A stretch of DNA of 42,314 bases from Candidatus Halarchaeoplasma halalkaliphilum (GCA_007133925.1 SLLU01000038.1:1-42314); one strand, 5' to 3'; shown: positions 19,753 through 31,325, numbered from the stretch's first letter. Translations and numbers: made by a program. The notes: generated by a model from the letters alone, not told the origin.

Positions 19753-20235
19753 ATGCAACGAAATATATTCGCTGCGGGCTTTGTGATCTTCATCCTAGGT
19801 CTATTTCTGGTCCTTGCTTTCTGGCCTATCTTTGCCACATCTGCGGGTACGCTGTATGAAGACCGTTCGGGGCTGGTGTACCAGTCTTACGATAGGGGAG
19901 ATAAGGTCACCACCCACGGTACAATCACAAATATATCGACCACTGGTTTCCCCGGATGGATGGAAGACATGGGATTCAGGAACGTGGTTTACGTGGAGGT
20001 GGATGACGGCTTCGCCTTCCTGATCCCGGATCGAACGGAGATCAAATTCTCGGAAGGAGATCAGATCTACGCCCGTTTGACCTTGGTAGAAGAAAGCCTT
20101 GTCCTAGGTTGGGGTAGGATACAGTACTGGGAACTGTCCGGAACCATGGGTAACAAACAGATGGTGAACCTTGTATTCTTCATCACATTGGCCCTGGGAG
20201 CAGTGATCACCGTAGCCGGTGCGGTCAAGGATTGA
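19753..20235 (+). CDS. Membrane protein with two transmembrane helices flanking a beta-rich (possibly OB-fold) domain
   Basis: Hydrophobic N- and C-terminal helices with a GDKVTTHGTITNI...GDQIYARLTL beta pattern between them. Start uncertain (19735-19753). Confidence 0.7.
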   Translation: MQRNIFAAGFVIFILGLFLVLAFWPIFATSAGTLYEDRSGLVYQSYDRGDKVTTHGTITNISTTGFPGWMEDMGFRNVVYVEVDDGFAFLIPDRTEIKFSEGDQIYARLTLVEESLVLGWGRIQYWELSGTMGNKQMVNLVFFITLALGAVITVAGAVKD

Positions 20236-20290
20236 CAAGCCGCAAAATACAATTATACCCGTTCAGATTGTCCATGAGATGGTAACCACC

Positions 20291-21661
20291 ATGAATACTA
20301 TGGATTGGACTGAGAAGTACCGACCGGATACCCTCGAAGATGTTGCGGGGAACAGCGACGCAAAAAAAAGACTGGTGAGGTGGGCAAACCAGTGGAGCAG
20401 CGGAAAGCCAAAGAGAAAGGCGGTCATACTTGCGGGAAAGGCCGGGATAGGGAAGACTTCCGCGGCCCTGGCCCTGGCAAACGATATGGGTTGGGACGTG
20501 ATAGAGATGAACGCCTCGGATCAGAGGAACAGGGAGGCCATCCAGAACATAGTGGGCAGAAGTGCCGTGGACGACACATTCTCTTCTGACGGTGATTTCA
20601 TACCCTACAGGGAAGGAAAACGAACACTCATCATACTTGACGAGGCCGACAATATATTCGGTAAGGAGGATTTCGGAGGTGTTCAGGAGATCGCAAAGGT
20701 GATAGATCAAACCGAGCAACCCATACTACTCATAGCCAATGATTATTATTCATTACAAAGACGTTCCAGATATCTCAGTGATAAACTGGAGAAGATAGAA
20801 TTCAAGCCCCTGGATCAAAGCTCCATAGCCCTGCTCCTCAGAGATATCTGCAAAAATGAGAACATGGGATACGATTCCGAGGCCCTTATGACCCTTGCCA
20901 AACGATCCGACGGAGATGTGAGGTCCGCAGTAAGGGACCTACAGAGCATAGCTACGGGGAAAGAACACATAGAGCTGGAGGACCTTGACGTCCTGGGTCA
21001 TCGAAACAGGGAGGAAGAGATATTCCCGAGCCTCAGGATAATACTTCAGGGAACGGATCCTCACACATCCAGGGAGACCCTTTCCCAGTTGGACGAAGAA
21101 CCCCGGAACCTGATCACGTGGATAGACGAGAATCTGCCCAGGGAATACACGGACAGAAAGGAGTTGATAAGAGGTTTCGATAGTCTGTCCAAAGCCGATG
21201 TTTATCTAGGCAGGGTTTACCGAACTCAGTATTACCGCTTCTGGGCATACTCCAATGATTTCATGAGTGCCGGGGTCAGCCTGGCCAAAGAACATACTCA
21301 CACTGGATTCAACAGGTATGCCTTCCCCACATGGATCAAAAAGATGACCAGATCCAAGGTAGACCGGAAGACCAGATCGGATCTATCCAAAAAGATCGCT
21401 GTACACACCCATACCACAACGAACAGGGTAATGGAGGACATCTATCCATTCTTCAGATACCTCTTCAACAACGATCCGAGATTCAGGCATTCAATGGTAA
21501 ATAAACTGGATTTGAGCAGAACCCAGGCAGCTTTTCTGATGGGTACCGACGCAGGATCGAAAGAGGTGATCAAGCTGTATATGAAAGAACCCGTGGTGGA
21601 AACGAAGGTGGAAGAGAAAAAAGTTGAGAAAAAGAATCAAAGATCCCTGTTGGAGTTCTGA
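20291..21661 (+). CDS. rfcL: Replication factor C large subunit
   Basis: WTEKYRP, GKAGIGKT, EMNASD, ILDEAD, WIDEN, C-terminal PIP box QRSLLEF. Start is between 20279 and 20300. Confidence 0.95.
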   Translation: MNTMDWTEKYRPDTLEDVAGNSDAKKRLVRWANQWSSGKPKRKAVILAGKAGIGKTSAALALANDMGWDVIEMNASDQRNREAIQNIVGRSAVDDTFSSDGDFIPYREGKRTLIILDEADNIFGKEDFGGVQEIAKVIDQTEQPILLIANDYYSLQRRSRYLSDKLEKIEFKPLDQSSIALLLRDICKNENMGYDSEALMTLAKRSDGDVRSAVRDLQSIATGKEHIELEDLDVLGHRNREEEIFPSLRIILQGTDPHTSRETLSQLDEEPRNLITWIDENLPREYTDRKELIRGFDSLSKADVYLGRVYRTQYYRFWAYSNDFMSAGVSLAKEHTHTGFNRYAFPTWIKKMTRSKVDRKTRSDLSKKIAVHTHTTTNRVMEDIYPFFRYLFNNDPRFRHSMVNKLDLSRTQAAFLMGTDAGSKEVIKLYMKEPVVETKVEEKKVEKKNQRSLLEF

Positions 21662-21663
21662 TC

Positions 21664-22587
21664 ATGCTTGGAAGTAAGAAGGAGATCCTGAAGAAGCACG
21701 GATACGTTCTGACCGGTGATGAATCCGCCGTAAAACTATGCCACTGGGTAAGAGAGAAGCTGATATCAGGTAGATCTTGCTACAAGGAAGATTTCTACGG
21801 TATAGAGTGCCACCGCTGCCTTCAGATGTCACCGGCGGTGGATGTGTGCAATCACACCTGCCTGTTCTGCTGGAGATACCAGGATTATGCGGTCAGGGAT
21901 GAGAATATCTCATACGATCTCCCGGAAAACATAGTGGAGAAGAGCATTGAAGCTCAGAGGGAACTGGTCAGCGGTTTCAGGGGTGACCACAGATGCAGCG
22001 AGTCCATGTGGCAGGAAGCTAGGGAGCCGAATCAGGTGGCCATAAGCCTAGCTGGAGAGCCTGCCATGTACCCTTACCTTGGGGATCTCATAGAGGAATA
22101 CACAAAAAGAAACATGACAACATTCCTCGTGACCAACGGAAGTCTTCCCCGGGTACTGGAAGAACTGGATACCCTCCCAACACAGCTGTACGTGACCCTG
22201 GCTGCGCCCAACGAAACAATCTACAAACGTCTCTGCGTACCAAAGGACGGCGCATCCTGGGATGATCTGAAAAAGACCTTGAGCATACTTCCGTCCCTGG
22301 ATACCAGGACCGTGATAAGACATACCCTGGTGAAGGGTTGGAATCTGGGATGGGAAAGAGAATACGCCCAACTCGTAAGGACCGGCGACCCGGATTTCGT
22401 GGAGGCGAAGGGGTACGTTTTCGTGGGAGATTCCAGGAGAAGGATGAACCTGGATAACATGCCCTCTTACGATACCATAAAATCCTTCGGTGAGAGGGAG
22501 GCCGAACTTCTGGGCATGTCACTTCTCAAGGAGAAAAGGGACAGTCGTGTGATACTGCTCGGTAACCAGGAAGCGGGGCTGAAGTGA
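21664..22587 (+). CDS. taw1: 4-demethylwyosine synthase Taw1/TYW1 (radical SAM)
   Basis: VKLCHW, CYKEDFYGI, CNHTCLFCWR (CxxxCxxC), ISLAGEP, FVEAKGY. Confidence 0.95.
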   Translation: MLGSKKEILKKHGYVLTGDESAVKLCHWVREKLISGRSCYKEDFYGIECHRCLQMSPAVDVCNHTCLFCWRYQDYAVRDENISYDLPENIVEKSIEAQRELVSGFRGDHRCSESMWQEAREPNQVAISLAGEPAMYPYLGDLIEEYTKRNMTTFLVTNGSLPRVLEELDTLPTQLYVTLAAPNETIYKRLCVPKDGASWDDLKKTLSILPSLDTRTVIRHTLVKGWNLGWEREYAQLVRTGDPDFVEAKGYVFVGDSRRRMNLDNMPSYDTIKSFGEREAELLGMSLLKEKRDSRVILLGNQEAGLK

Positions 22588-22594
22588 TCCGGAA

Positions 22595-24025
<1,431 letters not shown>

Positions 24026-24375
24026 TTAGAAGACGAAAATGTATTATTTGGGTAGAAAAATCAAGATATGTAACCACTTTTAACAAACCTAACTGAGTAT
24101 CATCAATAGATGAGTGAAAAAGCAGGTACCAGTAGTATGAAGAAAAAAGGGTGGGAAAGGGTTTGTTTATGGAGTTTATGCGGCAATTTTTTTCTCTGAA
24201 TGGGCAGAATTTGGGAAACGGAGGAAGAAAACAATATAATAGTTGGACACAGGTAAGCAACAATACGACCACTGCGGTACACTCTAAGTAGGCCGAGGGC
24301 TAGGTAGTCCTTTCAGTAAAGTTATAAAAGAGGTTGTAGATATCCAGTACCTATGCGAGACCGGGAGTTACGGAC

Positions 24376-25182
24376 ATGAAATGCATCTTCGTCTCTGACC
24401 TTCACGGTTATCCGGGCAGATATGAGGCACTGTATGATCTGGTGTCACGAGAAGAGCCTGATGCCGTGTTCATGGGGGGAGACCTGCTTCCGGTTAAAGA
24501 TGTGGCGAATTTCTTCCAGGAATACATCTCCCGAAGAACGAAAGCATTTCCCACCCGATTCTTCGCCATCATGGGTAACGACGACCCCAGAGGCTACGAA
24601 CCTTTATTCGTAGAGGCAGACGGGAGGGGAGATCTGGAATACATACACATGCGTCCAAAGATATTGGGAGATCTATGGGTCATCGGTTACTCCTACGTAC
24701 CCCCTACGCCCTTCATGCTCAAGGATTGGGAACGGTACGATGTATCCCGGTATGTTGACGTGGGCTGCATACATCCGGATGAAGGGATAAGAACAGTAGA
24801 ACAGGAGGATGACGGGCTCAAAACCATAAAGGAGGACCTGGAAGAAATATCCCTACTGACACCGCCGGAGAGTACCATATACCTGTTCCACTCACCACCC
24901 TACGGGACCTCACTGGATCTAACAGGTAACACGGGCATTTTGGTGGATCACGCGCCGGTGGATACCCATGTGGGAAGCATATCCATCAAAAATTTCATCG
25001 AGGAACGGAAGCCCCTTTTAACCCTCCACGGACACATACACGAATCAGCCCTACTCACGGGTTCTTGGAAAGAAAGGATAGGGGAAACGTACGCCCTGTC
25101 CGCCGCCCATAACGGACCTGAATTGGCCGTAGTGTGCTTTGATACGGAGCGTCGGGACAGGGCAACCCGCATGCTGTTATAG
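24376..25182 (+). CDS. Calcineurin-like (Icc-related) metallophosphoesterase
   Basis: SDLHG, GGD, GNDD, HSPP, HVGS and HGHIHE motifs. Confidence 0.9.
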   Translation: MKCIFVSDLHGYPGRYEALYDLVSREEPDAVFMGGDLLPVKDVANFFQEYISRRTKAFPTRFFAIMGNDDPRGYEPLFVEADGRGDLEYIHMRPKILGDLWVIGYSYVPPTPFMLKDWERYDVSRYVDVGCIHPDEGIRTVEQEDDGLKTIKEDLEEISLLTPPESTIYLFHSPPYGTSLDLTGNTGILVDHAPVDTHVGSISIKNFIEERKPLLTLHGHIHESALLTGSWKERIGETYALSAAHNGPELAVVCFDTERRDRATRMLL

Positions 25183-25188
25183 ATGTCT

Positions 25189-28100
25189 TCACTCCAGGGG
25201 GATCTTCCTAGCGGAATTGTATGGTGAATCGATGTGGCACGCCCACGAGGTCCTGTTCTTTATATCCGCATCGGTTACCAGGTGCACATCCAATAACTGG
25301 TCCACATGTTGTCCCGTCCGGTGCATGTTCTCTTGTTCGAAGACCCTGCCCTTTTTGTCCAACCAGTCCAGCAGGGCCTCCTTGCGTTCCCGGTCATCGT
25401 CTATGTGTATGATCAAATCGATATCACTGCGGGGACCTGCGGTGGCCTCCTTTGTGCTCCCGATGACATACAGACCTTTGACCTTGAAAAAATCTGCATC
25501 CATTTCCCTGGCCAACTCTTTTACCTTTTCCATGCGCCATGCCCAGTGATCCGGGGGTTTCAGGTAAGCCATGGCTTGATTGGAATCCCCATCCATCACC
25601 ACCTCCAGAGTACCATCCTTGATGAGATCGGTGACCCTCAACACCCTAACCACATCCTCCATGTGCTTCCAGTCCGGCAGCAGTTCTTCCAGTCGGTTCG
25701 GAGATGCTAATAAGATATCCTCATTGTAAACGTTATCTTCCTCATGGGGATACAGAGGCAGATAGTTTATTTCGGCCTCAACAAGATCTTGGAAAAAGTG
25801 GGTTCCGAAAGACAGTTCGGGTAGGTAATCCCCTTTCTCCATGCCCACCTCTATGAGCATGGAGGTATTGTTGATATCTCTGTAATTAACGGGCACCCCC
25901 AACTTTATATCGCCCCTGCTACCCCACCTTCCCGGGCCCATCAATATGAATCTTCTTCGAGGTAAAAGGGAGTTCAGGTCGCTCACCACTCTGGCCACGG
26001 ACCTCATATCCTCAACACTTTCCAACTCCTCGTATGTTTCCGGGACCACATAAACTATGTACTCTATGTTCTCCACAAAACCGGTGGTCACATACTTATT
26101 GGCCGAGAATAATTTTCTTTTATCGGGTACGTCCTTGGGTATGGGCCTTCTCTCGGTCTCCCGGGATTGGCTTTGGGGGCGGCATTGAAGAAGATAAAGG
26201 CGCTCTCCATCGGAGGCGAATTCCACGTCCACGGGAGTGTCCATCTTCTGCTCCAGCAAGTTCATTATCTGGCGCATGGTATCCAGGAACCTTTTGTCTT
26301 TCAGTAGTCCTGAAAATGTTATGATACAATCTTCCTTGGAAAGGTCGGATAATGGTGAAGGGAGTTTCAACTGTTCCCCATCAAAAACGGATATCATCTT
26401 GTTTATCAGAGGAAATTCATCACCGTAGGTCTCGATCATTTGGCTCACCTTCACGGTTTCTATGATACCCCGATCCAGATTGATCACGTCCATGTATCTT
26501 TGGGAATACCTTATCCTCTCATCCAGCAAGGTGTTCACTCTCAACTCAGGCCTGTTGGGAGATATAAGCATGGGATAATCGTCTCCAACCCTATCCACCG
26601 CTCGGGTTCCCAGTCCCGCCACCAACCGTATAATCCCATCCCGTCTCCTGATACGGGGTGACCATCTGAACTCGTTCCTGCTGAAACCCACACCACCGTA
26701 TGCGGGAAAATAGTATGGCCCTATCTGTTTTCCCACTACCTCTTGTACCAGGATACCCATCTCCTCGTTGACGTCCAGCAAACCTCGTTCACGCCGGTAC
26801 TCGATGGGATCGGAACCCATGGTCGAAGCGTAAACCTCGGCTATGGCATTCATCAGTGCGTTCAGCCTTTCCTCATCACTACCGGTATTTGCAAGGAAAA
26901 GGCTTTTGTACTTTCCGGAAAAGGCCGCCCCGAAACTGTCCTCCAGGAGACTTGAGGAACGAACGATTATGGGTTTGCCCTTGGTATCCGCAAGTATCCT
27001 ACGAAGACCTTCGACTATCTCTGCAGTGAATACGGAATTCTTGAATATCTGCTCAAGGAACGGTTGTTCCTGCCGGATCTCCTCCGGTTCCAGATACTTG
27101 ATGTGTATCACCTCATCCAGGTCGTTGTACTGTATGATATCCATCATGGTATCCGAGGTTATGTACCAACTTTTTGGGAATGACACAAAATCCAACAGTT
27201 CCTTTTTCTCGCTTTCGATTATCTTCCTGGCAAGAAATATCCCCGAGGACTTACCACCCAGCTTCCCTGCACCCTGGGCCGGACCCACTATGTGGGTCAG
27301 AAGAGGAAGGAAATCCTCCACGGTTATGTACTTCTTTGAGATATTGATGAACTCCAATCTATCGGTGAAGAACCTCTTTGTGAGAGAGGTGCAAATACTC
27401 ATGCGGTCCTCAGGTGCGAGAACCCCCTGGTCACCGGTTGTCTCGAAGAAACGGTTAAGCTCATCGGTTATCTCCACCAAAGGTATCCCCACCCTCTGAG
27501 ATGATAGGAGTAAAGGGCGAGCCTTGTCTTCCCTCAACCAGCGATGAAAAAGATTCGAGAGTTCGTCGGGAGGTATATACTCCCGGGCCATGTCGAAAAC
27601 ATTCTGCTGGACCATCTTCAGGGACTCCATGTCCTGTCGGGGGTTGGGCATGTTTATACCGCACCATTGGGATTCTCCGGGTGAACTTGGGATCGTGCAT
27701 ACCTTGCTGAGAAGCGCATCTATTTTTTTGTTATGGGTTCTGTAGAGATGATAGACCATCCTTCGTGTCAGTCTCAACATGGTCCTGGGATCAGTCTTCA
27801 TGAGGAGATCGATTATCACCTCCCAATCTTGTTTCCCACCCAGACCGTCGGGGGAACGGGTTTCCCCGGAGATACCACCGTTACGCTGGATCCTCAATTC
27901 CTCCCTTACATTCTTCTCTTCGATGAACTTGCTCAGCAATTCGGCTATGGCATTCAAAAGGCGTTTTTCATCCTTAAGGAAAGGACCTAGGTCTGCCGGA
28001 GGTCTATCTTCAAGATAGCCTACCTCAACCCGGCCTAAGATCTCATCGGACAGAACGATATCGGATCCCAGTGTCCAGGGTGTTTCTTTGTGATTTTCAC

Positions 28101-28329
28101 TGGAGAATTCTTGGCCGTTGATCACTATTCTGGCATAGGCCACATCGTCGTGTTTCATGGCCGGTGGTAACAGTTCTATTATATCTTCCAGAGCCTTTTC
28201 AAGAGATATGTGATTATTCTTGACTATCCCGGATATCCCGTATAGACAGTTGAGCTCCTTCACCCTCTCTTTCAGTTCCTCCTCCCGATTCCTGGGTGTT
28301 CTTTCCGGTTCAGATCCATCTTGGCTCAT
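25189..28329 (-). CDS. GAF-like sensor + PEP synthase/PPDK-type ATP-grasp + putative phospho-His domain + C-terminal Pol-beta-type nucleotidyltransferase
   Basis: ERVKELNCLYGIS sensor motif; LGGKSSG, IVRSSSLLEDS..AAFSGKY, ILVQEVV, GLG, VDVEFA...LLQCRP; GPGRWGS...SFGTHFF; IGS...GPRSDIDL. ATG 28329 has GGAG upstream; alternative GTG start at 28365. Confidence 0.85.
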   Translation of the reverse strand: MSQDGSEPERTPRNREEELKERVKELNCLYGISGIVKNNHISLEKALEDIIELLPPAMKHDDVAYARIVINGQEFSSENHKETPWTLGSDIVLSDEILGRVEVGYLEDRPPADLGPFLKDEKRLLNAIAELLSKFIEEKNVREELRIQRNGGISGETRSPDGLGGKQDWEVIIDLLMKTDPRTMLRLTRRMVYHLYRTHNKKIDALLSKVCTIPSSPGESQWCGINMPNPRQDMESLKMVQQNVFDMAREYIPPDELSNLFHRWLREDKARPLLLSSQRVGIPLVEITDELNRFFETTGDQGVLAPEDRMSICTSLTKRFFTDRLEFINISKKYITVEDFLPLLTHIVGPAQGAGKLGGKSSGIFLARKIIESEKKELLDFVSFPKSWYITSDTMMDIIQYNDLDEVIHIKYLEPEEIRQEQPFLEQIFKNSVFTAEIVEGLRRILADTKGKPIIVRSSSLLEDSFGAAFSGKYKSLFLANTGSDEERLNALMNAIAEVYASTMGSDPIEYRRERGLLDVNEEMGILVQEVVGKQIGPYYFPAYGGVGFSRNEFRWSPRIRRRDGIIRLVAGLGTRAVDRVGDDYPMLISPNRPELRVNTLLDERIRYSQRYMDVINLDRGIIETVKVSQMIETYGDEFPLINKMISVFDGEQLKLPSPLSDLSKEDCIITFSGLLKDKRFLDTMRQIMNLLEQKMDTPVDVEFASDGERLYLLQCRPQSQSRETERRPIPKDVPDKRKLFSANKYVTTGFVENIEYIVYVVPETYEELESVEDMRSVARVVSDLNSLLPRRRFILMGPGRWGSRGDIKLGVPVNYRDINNTSMLIEVGMEKGDYLPELSFGTHFFQDLVEAEINYLPLYPHEEDNVYNEDILLASPNRLEELLPDWKHMEDVVRVLRVTDLIKDGTLEVVMDGDSNQAMAYLKPPDHWAWRMEKVKELAREMDADFFKVKGLYVIGSTKEATAGPRSDIDLIIHIDDDRERKEALLDWLDKKGRVFEQENMHRTGQHVDQLLDVHLVTDADIKNRTSWACHIDSPYNSARKIPLE

Positions 28330-28365
28330 GGTCGATCTCCAGTGTATGGGTCCATAGTCCGCCAC

Positions 28366-31308
28366 CTACCTATTTTTAGTTTTCCCCTTTATTACGATCC
28401 CCTTCCCTTCCCGGCCATCAAGCCTCAGTTCAAGGGGTGTTCGGGTGGTTACATGTCTGGTGAACTCTCCCTCCTCCACTATATCCTGTTCACCAAGCCA
28501 TTGAAGATCCACCTTGGTCCCCTTCTCATCCACTATGAGATAACCTGTTTCGGAAGATACCAGGTCATGGAAGAAATGGGATCCCTGGGACGGTTCTATG
28601 TGTCTTCCTCCCATCTCGGTCTCCACTATGGCAAGGGCACCAGCTATGTCACCCCAACGTATCGGGATACCCATCCAGTGGTCCGAAGAGCCCCATCGCC
28701 CAGGGCCTATCAACAGATATTTTCGATCTCGCTTCATGAGTTTACGGTTCAATGTACTCACCTCACGGGCGATCCTTTGACTCTCTTTCGCAGCGAAGGA
28801 GTCCTCCTTGACATAGACCACATCCCGTATATCCTCCATCAAACCGTTCCCAAGGGAATTATTGCTGTACAGGAGTACATCCATTTCTTCATAGGCCCCT
28901 ATATCCACACAGGCTTCAACTTTCCGGGATACCATGCTTCTCATCTGGAGTATGTACATGGTCGCTTCCCGGCACTTATCATCCTCGAACTCCACGGTGA
29001 ATTCTATCTCCACAGGGTATCCGAGGGCCATCTTGGCCACCTTCAGAACCAGTCCTAAGCCTTTGGCCAGTGGTATGATACCCGGGGAGAGGAGTGGTGA
29101 AAAATCCAGTACCCTCGTACCCTCGTATGCGGTTCCGGGATACAGACGACCATCCTGGTAAGTAGATGCAATGCAGCGAAGCAAGCCTTGTTTTTCAGCC
29201 TCTTCCAGGTCCAGTCGAACCAAGGAGGTTTCTTCATCCATATCGAGCATCCTGTAGATCGACCTGAGGTTCAAACCGAAGAAATGTCTCTGGGAATGTT
29301 TCACCCGATCTTCGATGTCGGGAACCATGGGTCTCCTGGGATGCTCGGGACAGAAACAGTGGGACCGGCCTCCTTCAACAATGTTCTTTCCCAGCCCCAG
29401 GGCAAGATAGGCAACACCGCACTCGGGGACGCAACCGCCAGAGGGATAATGATTGTAGGAACGGGCAACACCGGATATTGAGGGATAAAAGTACTTCCCT
29501 CTTTTCTTCCCGGTGACTTCCTGAAGGATAACCGCCATCTTCTCATCGTTCAGATTCTTGGGTGTGGATCGGAGGTAGTTCCTGGCAGCTTCGAAGTAAG
29601 TGGAGGCAAAAACATATTTTATTGCATTGCAAACGTCCTGGAATCGGAAGTCCGTATCCCAGGATTCGTTGGGGAGCAGCATGGAAGCATACACCCCAGC
29701 GAAGGGTTGGGAAAGTGAATCTTCCAGAACTCCGGAAGATCTTACTATCAATGGTTTCTTGGTGTTCCTAACGAAGGAGCGTATATCACCCAGCACCGTG
29801 GGGGGAAGGCTCGATTCTATGAACTTAGCCGCGATCCTTTCGTCGGGAAGGTTGATCAGTTCTTCTATATCCAAAGAATTTTGTTTCAAGAACTTCTCGA
29901 ATACTTCCGTTGAAAGCACTATTGTCCTGGGTACAGTTATGTTCAATCCGCGGAGCATCTCTGGGCCCATGTGCCGGGATAACAATTTTGACATGAACAC
30001 CAGGCCCCGTGCCTTGCCTCCTAGGGCACCGGTACCGATCCTGCTGAGCCGTACATGGGGTCCGAAGCTCTCCCTGTGGAACTCCAGTATGGAATTTTTG
30101 TATACCCTGTACCTGTGGGCTTCCAGGAGCCTTTTCATGTCGTCCTGAAACGATCCTCTCTTACCGGTACGTAGTTCTTCAAAGGATCGAGCCAGTTCGT
30201 TCTCTCCCCGGGCTATGCACCACTTAGACAGATCTTCCGATTTCAACATCTGTTCTGTTGCCGCTTCTTGGGACCTCCCAACCGCCCTGTCAAGGTCTGT
30301 TAGGCAGCGAATGGTTACAGACTTCCCGTCACCCGTATCCCATGAGAGCTCTGTGGGTCCCAGGACCTCACTTAAAAACCTCTTCAACTCCCATTCAAGA
30401 CGGGAAGAGCTCTTGTGGAAAAAACCGATGTCCTCCGGCACCTCCTCGAGAACATCGGAAGACTGTATCATGACCGGGATATCAAAACGCTTCTTTATAT
30501 CCATGACAAGGTGGAGACCGGAATATTGACCCTCCTGATCAGAAAGGTCGCTGATAACACCTGCAAGGTTTTTGCCGTATCTTTCAACACAGAGTTCACC
30601 CTGGGTAAAATCCCCTGCCATGAGAAGCCTGGGTCTCCTGAGATGTCTGGTGATGACCTGATCCTCCGTGAGGTCCTCATCGAGTATGTTCTCAAGATGA
30701 TCTCGTATCTCGTCATATATGAGATGTACGTAGGTGGAATAGTGCTGCACTGAATCCTCGATCAGCAGTATGATCCTGCCCTCGGACTTGACATCCGGGT
30801 TGTTCTCCAACTGGATACGATCTTCTATGTACTGGAGTATATCCAGAAATATCTTCCCGTCACCGTTCCATGTGAACACGTGGTCAATGTCGTTTTCATT
30901 CACAAGTCCTTTCACATCGTTACCAACCACCGCCACCAGAAGTTTCGGGTCAAAGGACTTTACACGGCTGGCGAGTTCAACCACCCCCATATCAGACGGT
31001 TCCTTGAATATGATAACCAGATCAACGTTGTTCTTCTCGATGTACTCCAAGCCTTCCATGCCAGATCCCTTGTGGGTGAACACCGGAGGCGGCCTGCCGG
31101 GTATCGTGGGGTAATGATCTCTGAACAATCCGTTGAGCCGCCCGCCTTCTTCCACAAGGAAAAAATCGTATGTCGGAGACACCATCAGGACGTTTCCTAT
31201 CGAATGGCTGTGTAGTTTTTCACACCGGCCGTCGGTGTCCCCGATATTGGGACGTATGCCTGTTACCTTTCTAACGATCTCATCTATCTCCGAATCTCTG
31301 CAGCTCAT
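28366..31308 (-). CDS. Two receiver-like domains + PEP synthase/PPDK-type ATP-grasp + putative phospho-His domain
   Basis: ILLIEDS...GVISD...IQSS...FFHK receiver motifs; LGGKARGL, IVRSSGVLEDS..PFAGVY, VILQEV, GLG, VEIEF...ILQMR; GPGRWGS...SQGSHFF. Confidence 0.85.
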   Translation of the reverse strand: MSCRDSEIDEIVRKVTGIRPNIGDTDGRCEKLHSHSIGNVLMVSPTYDFFLVEEGGRLNGLFRDHYPTIPGRPPPVFTHKGSGMEGLEYIEKNNVDLVIIFKEPSDMGVVELASRVKSFDPKLLVAVVGNDVKGLVNENDIDHVFTWNGDGKIFLDILQYIEDRIQLENNPDVKSEGRIILLIEDSVQHYSTYVHLIYDEIRDHLENILDEDLTEDQVITRHLRRPRLLMAGDFTQGELCVERYGKNLAGVISDLSDQEGQYSGLHLVMDIKKRFDIPVMIQSSDVLEEVPEDIGFFHKSSSRLEWELKRFLSEVLGPTELSWDTGDGKSVTIRCLTDLDRAVGRSQEAATEQMLKSEDLSKWCIARGENELARSFEELRTGKRGSFQDDMKRLLEAHRYRVYKNSILEFHRESFGPHVRLSRIGTGALGGKARGLVFMSKLLSRHMGPEMLRGLNITVPRTIVLSTEVFEKFLKQNSLDIEELINLPDERIAAKFIESSLPPTVLGDIRSFVRNTKKPLIVRSSGVLEDSLSQPFAGVYASMLLPNESWDTDFRFQDVCNAIKYVFASTYFEAARNYLRSTPKNLNDEKMAVILQEVTGKKRGKYFYPSISGVARSYNHYPSGGCVPECGVAYLALGLGKNIVEGGRSHCFCPEHPRRPMVPDIEDRVKHSQRHFFGLNLRSIYRMLDMDEETSLVRLDLEEAEKQGLLRCIASTYQDGRLYPGTAYEGTRVLDFSPLLSPGIIPLAKGLGLVLKVAKMALGYPVEIEFTVEFEDDKCREATMYILQMRSMVSRKVEACVDIGAYEEMDVLLYSNNSLGNGLMEDIRDVVYVKEDSFAAKESQRIAREVSTLNRKLMKRDRKYLLIGPGRWGSSDHWMGIPIRWGDIAGALAIVETEMGGRHIEPSQGSHFFHDLVSSETGYLIVDEKGTKVDLQWLGEQDIVEEGEFTRHVTTRTPLELRLDGREGKGIVIKGKTKNR

Positions 31309-31325
31309 CTGTACCTACTTCTTGT

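Noticed and set aside
1497..21661. Inteins in PolB, LonB, Lhr or RFC
   Set aside because: Protein lengths are normal and I saw no internal intein splice-junction or LAGLIDADG motifs.
25189..25550. MNT-HEPN toxin-antitoxin or CBASS interpretation of the nucleotidyltransferase
   Set aside because: No adjacent HEPN gene or recognisable effector; the domain is fused to a dikinase in a metabolic locus.
26843..29058. Plus-strand ORFs 26843-27499 and 28321-29058
   Set aside because: Antisense to well-supported genes; typical shadow frames.
25189..31308. Annotating the two large proteins as phosphoenolpyruvate synthase / pyruvate phosphate dikinase
   Set aside because: Only the ATP-grasp part matches. 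There is no pyruvate-binding TIM barrel or canonical TSHAA motif, and they carry signalling domains instead.
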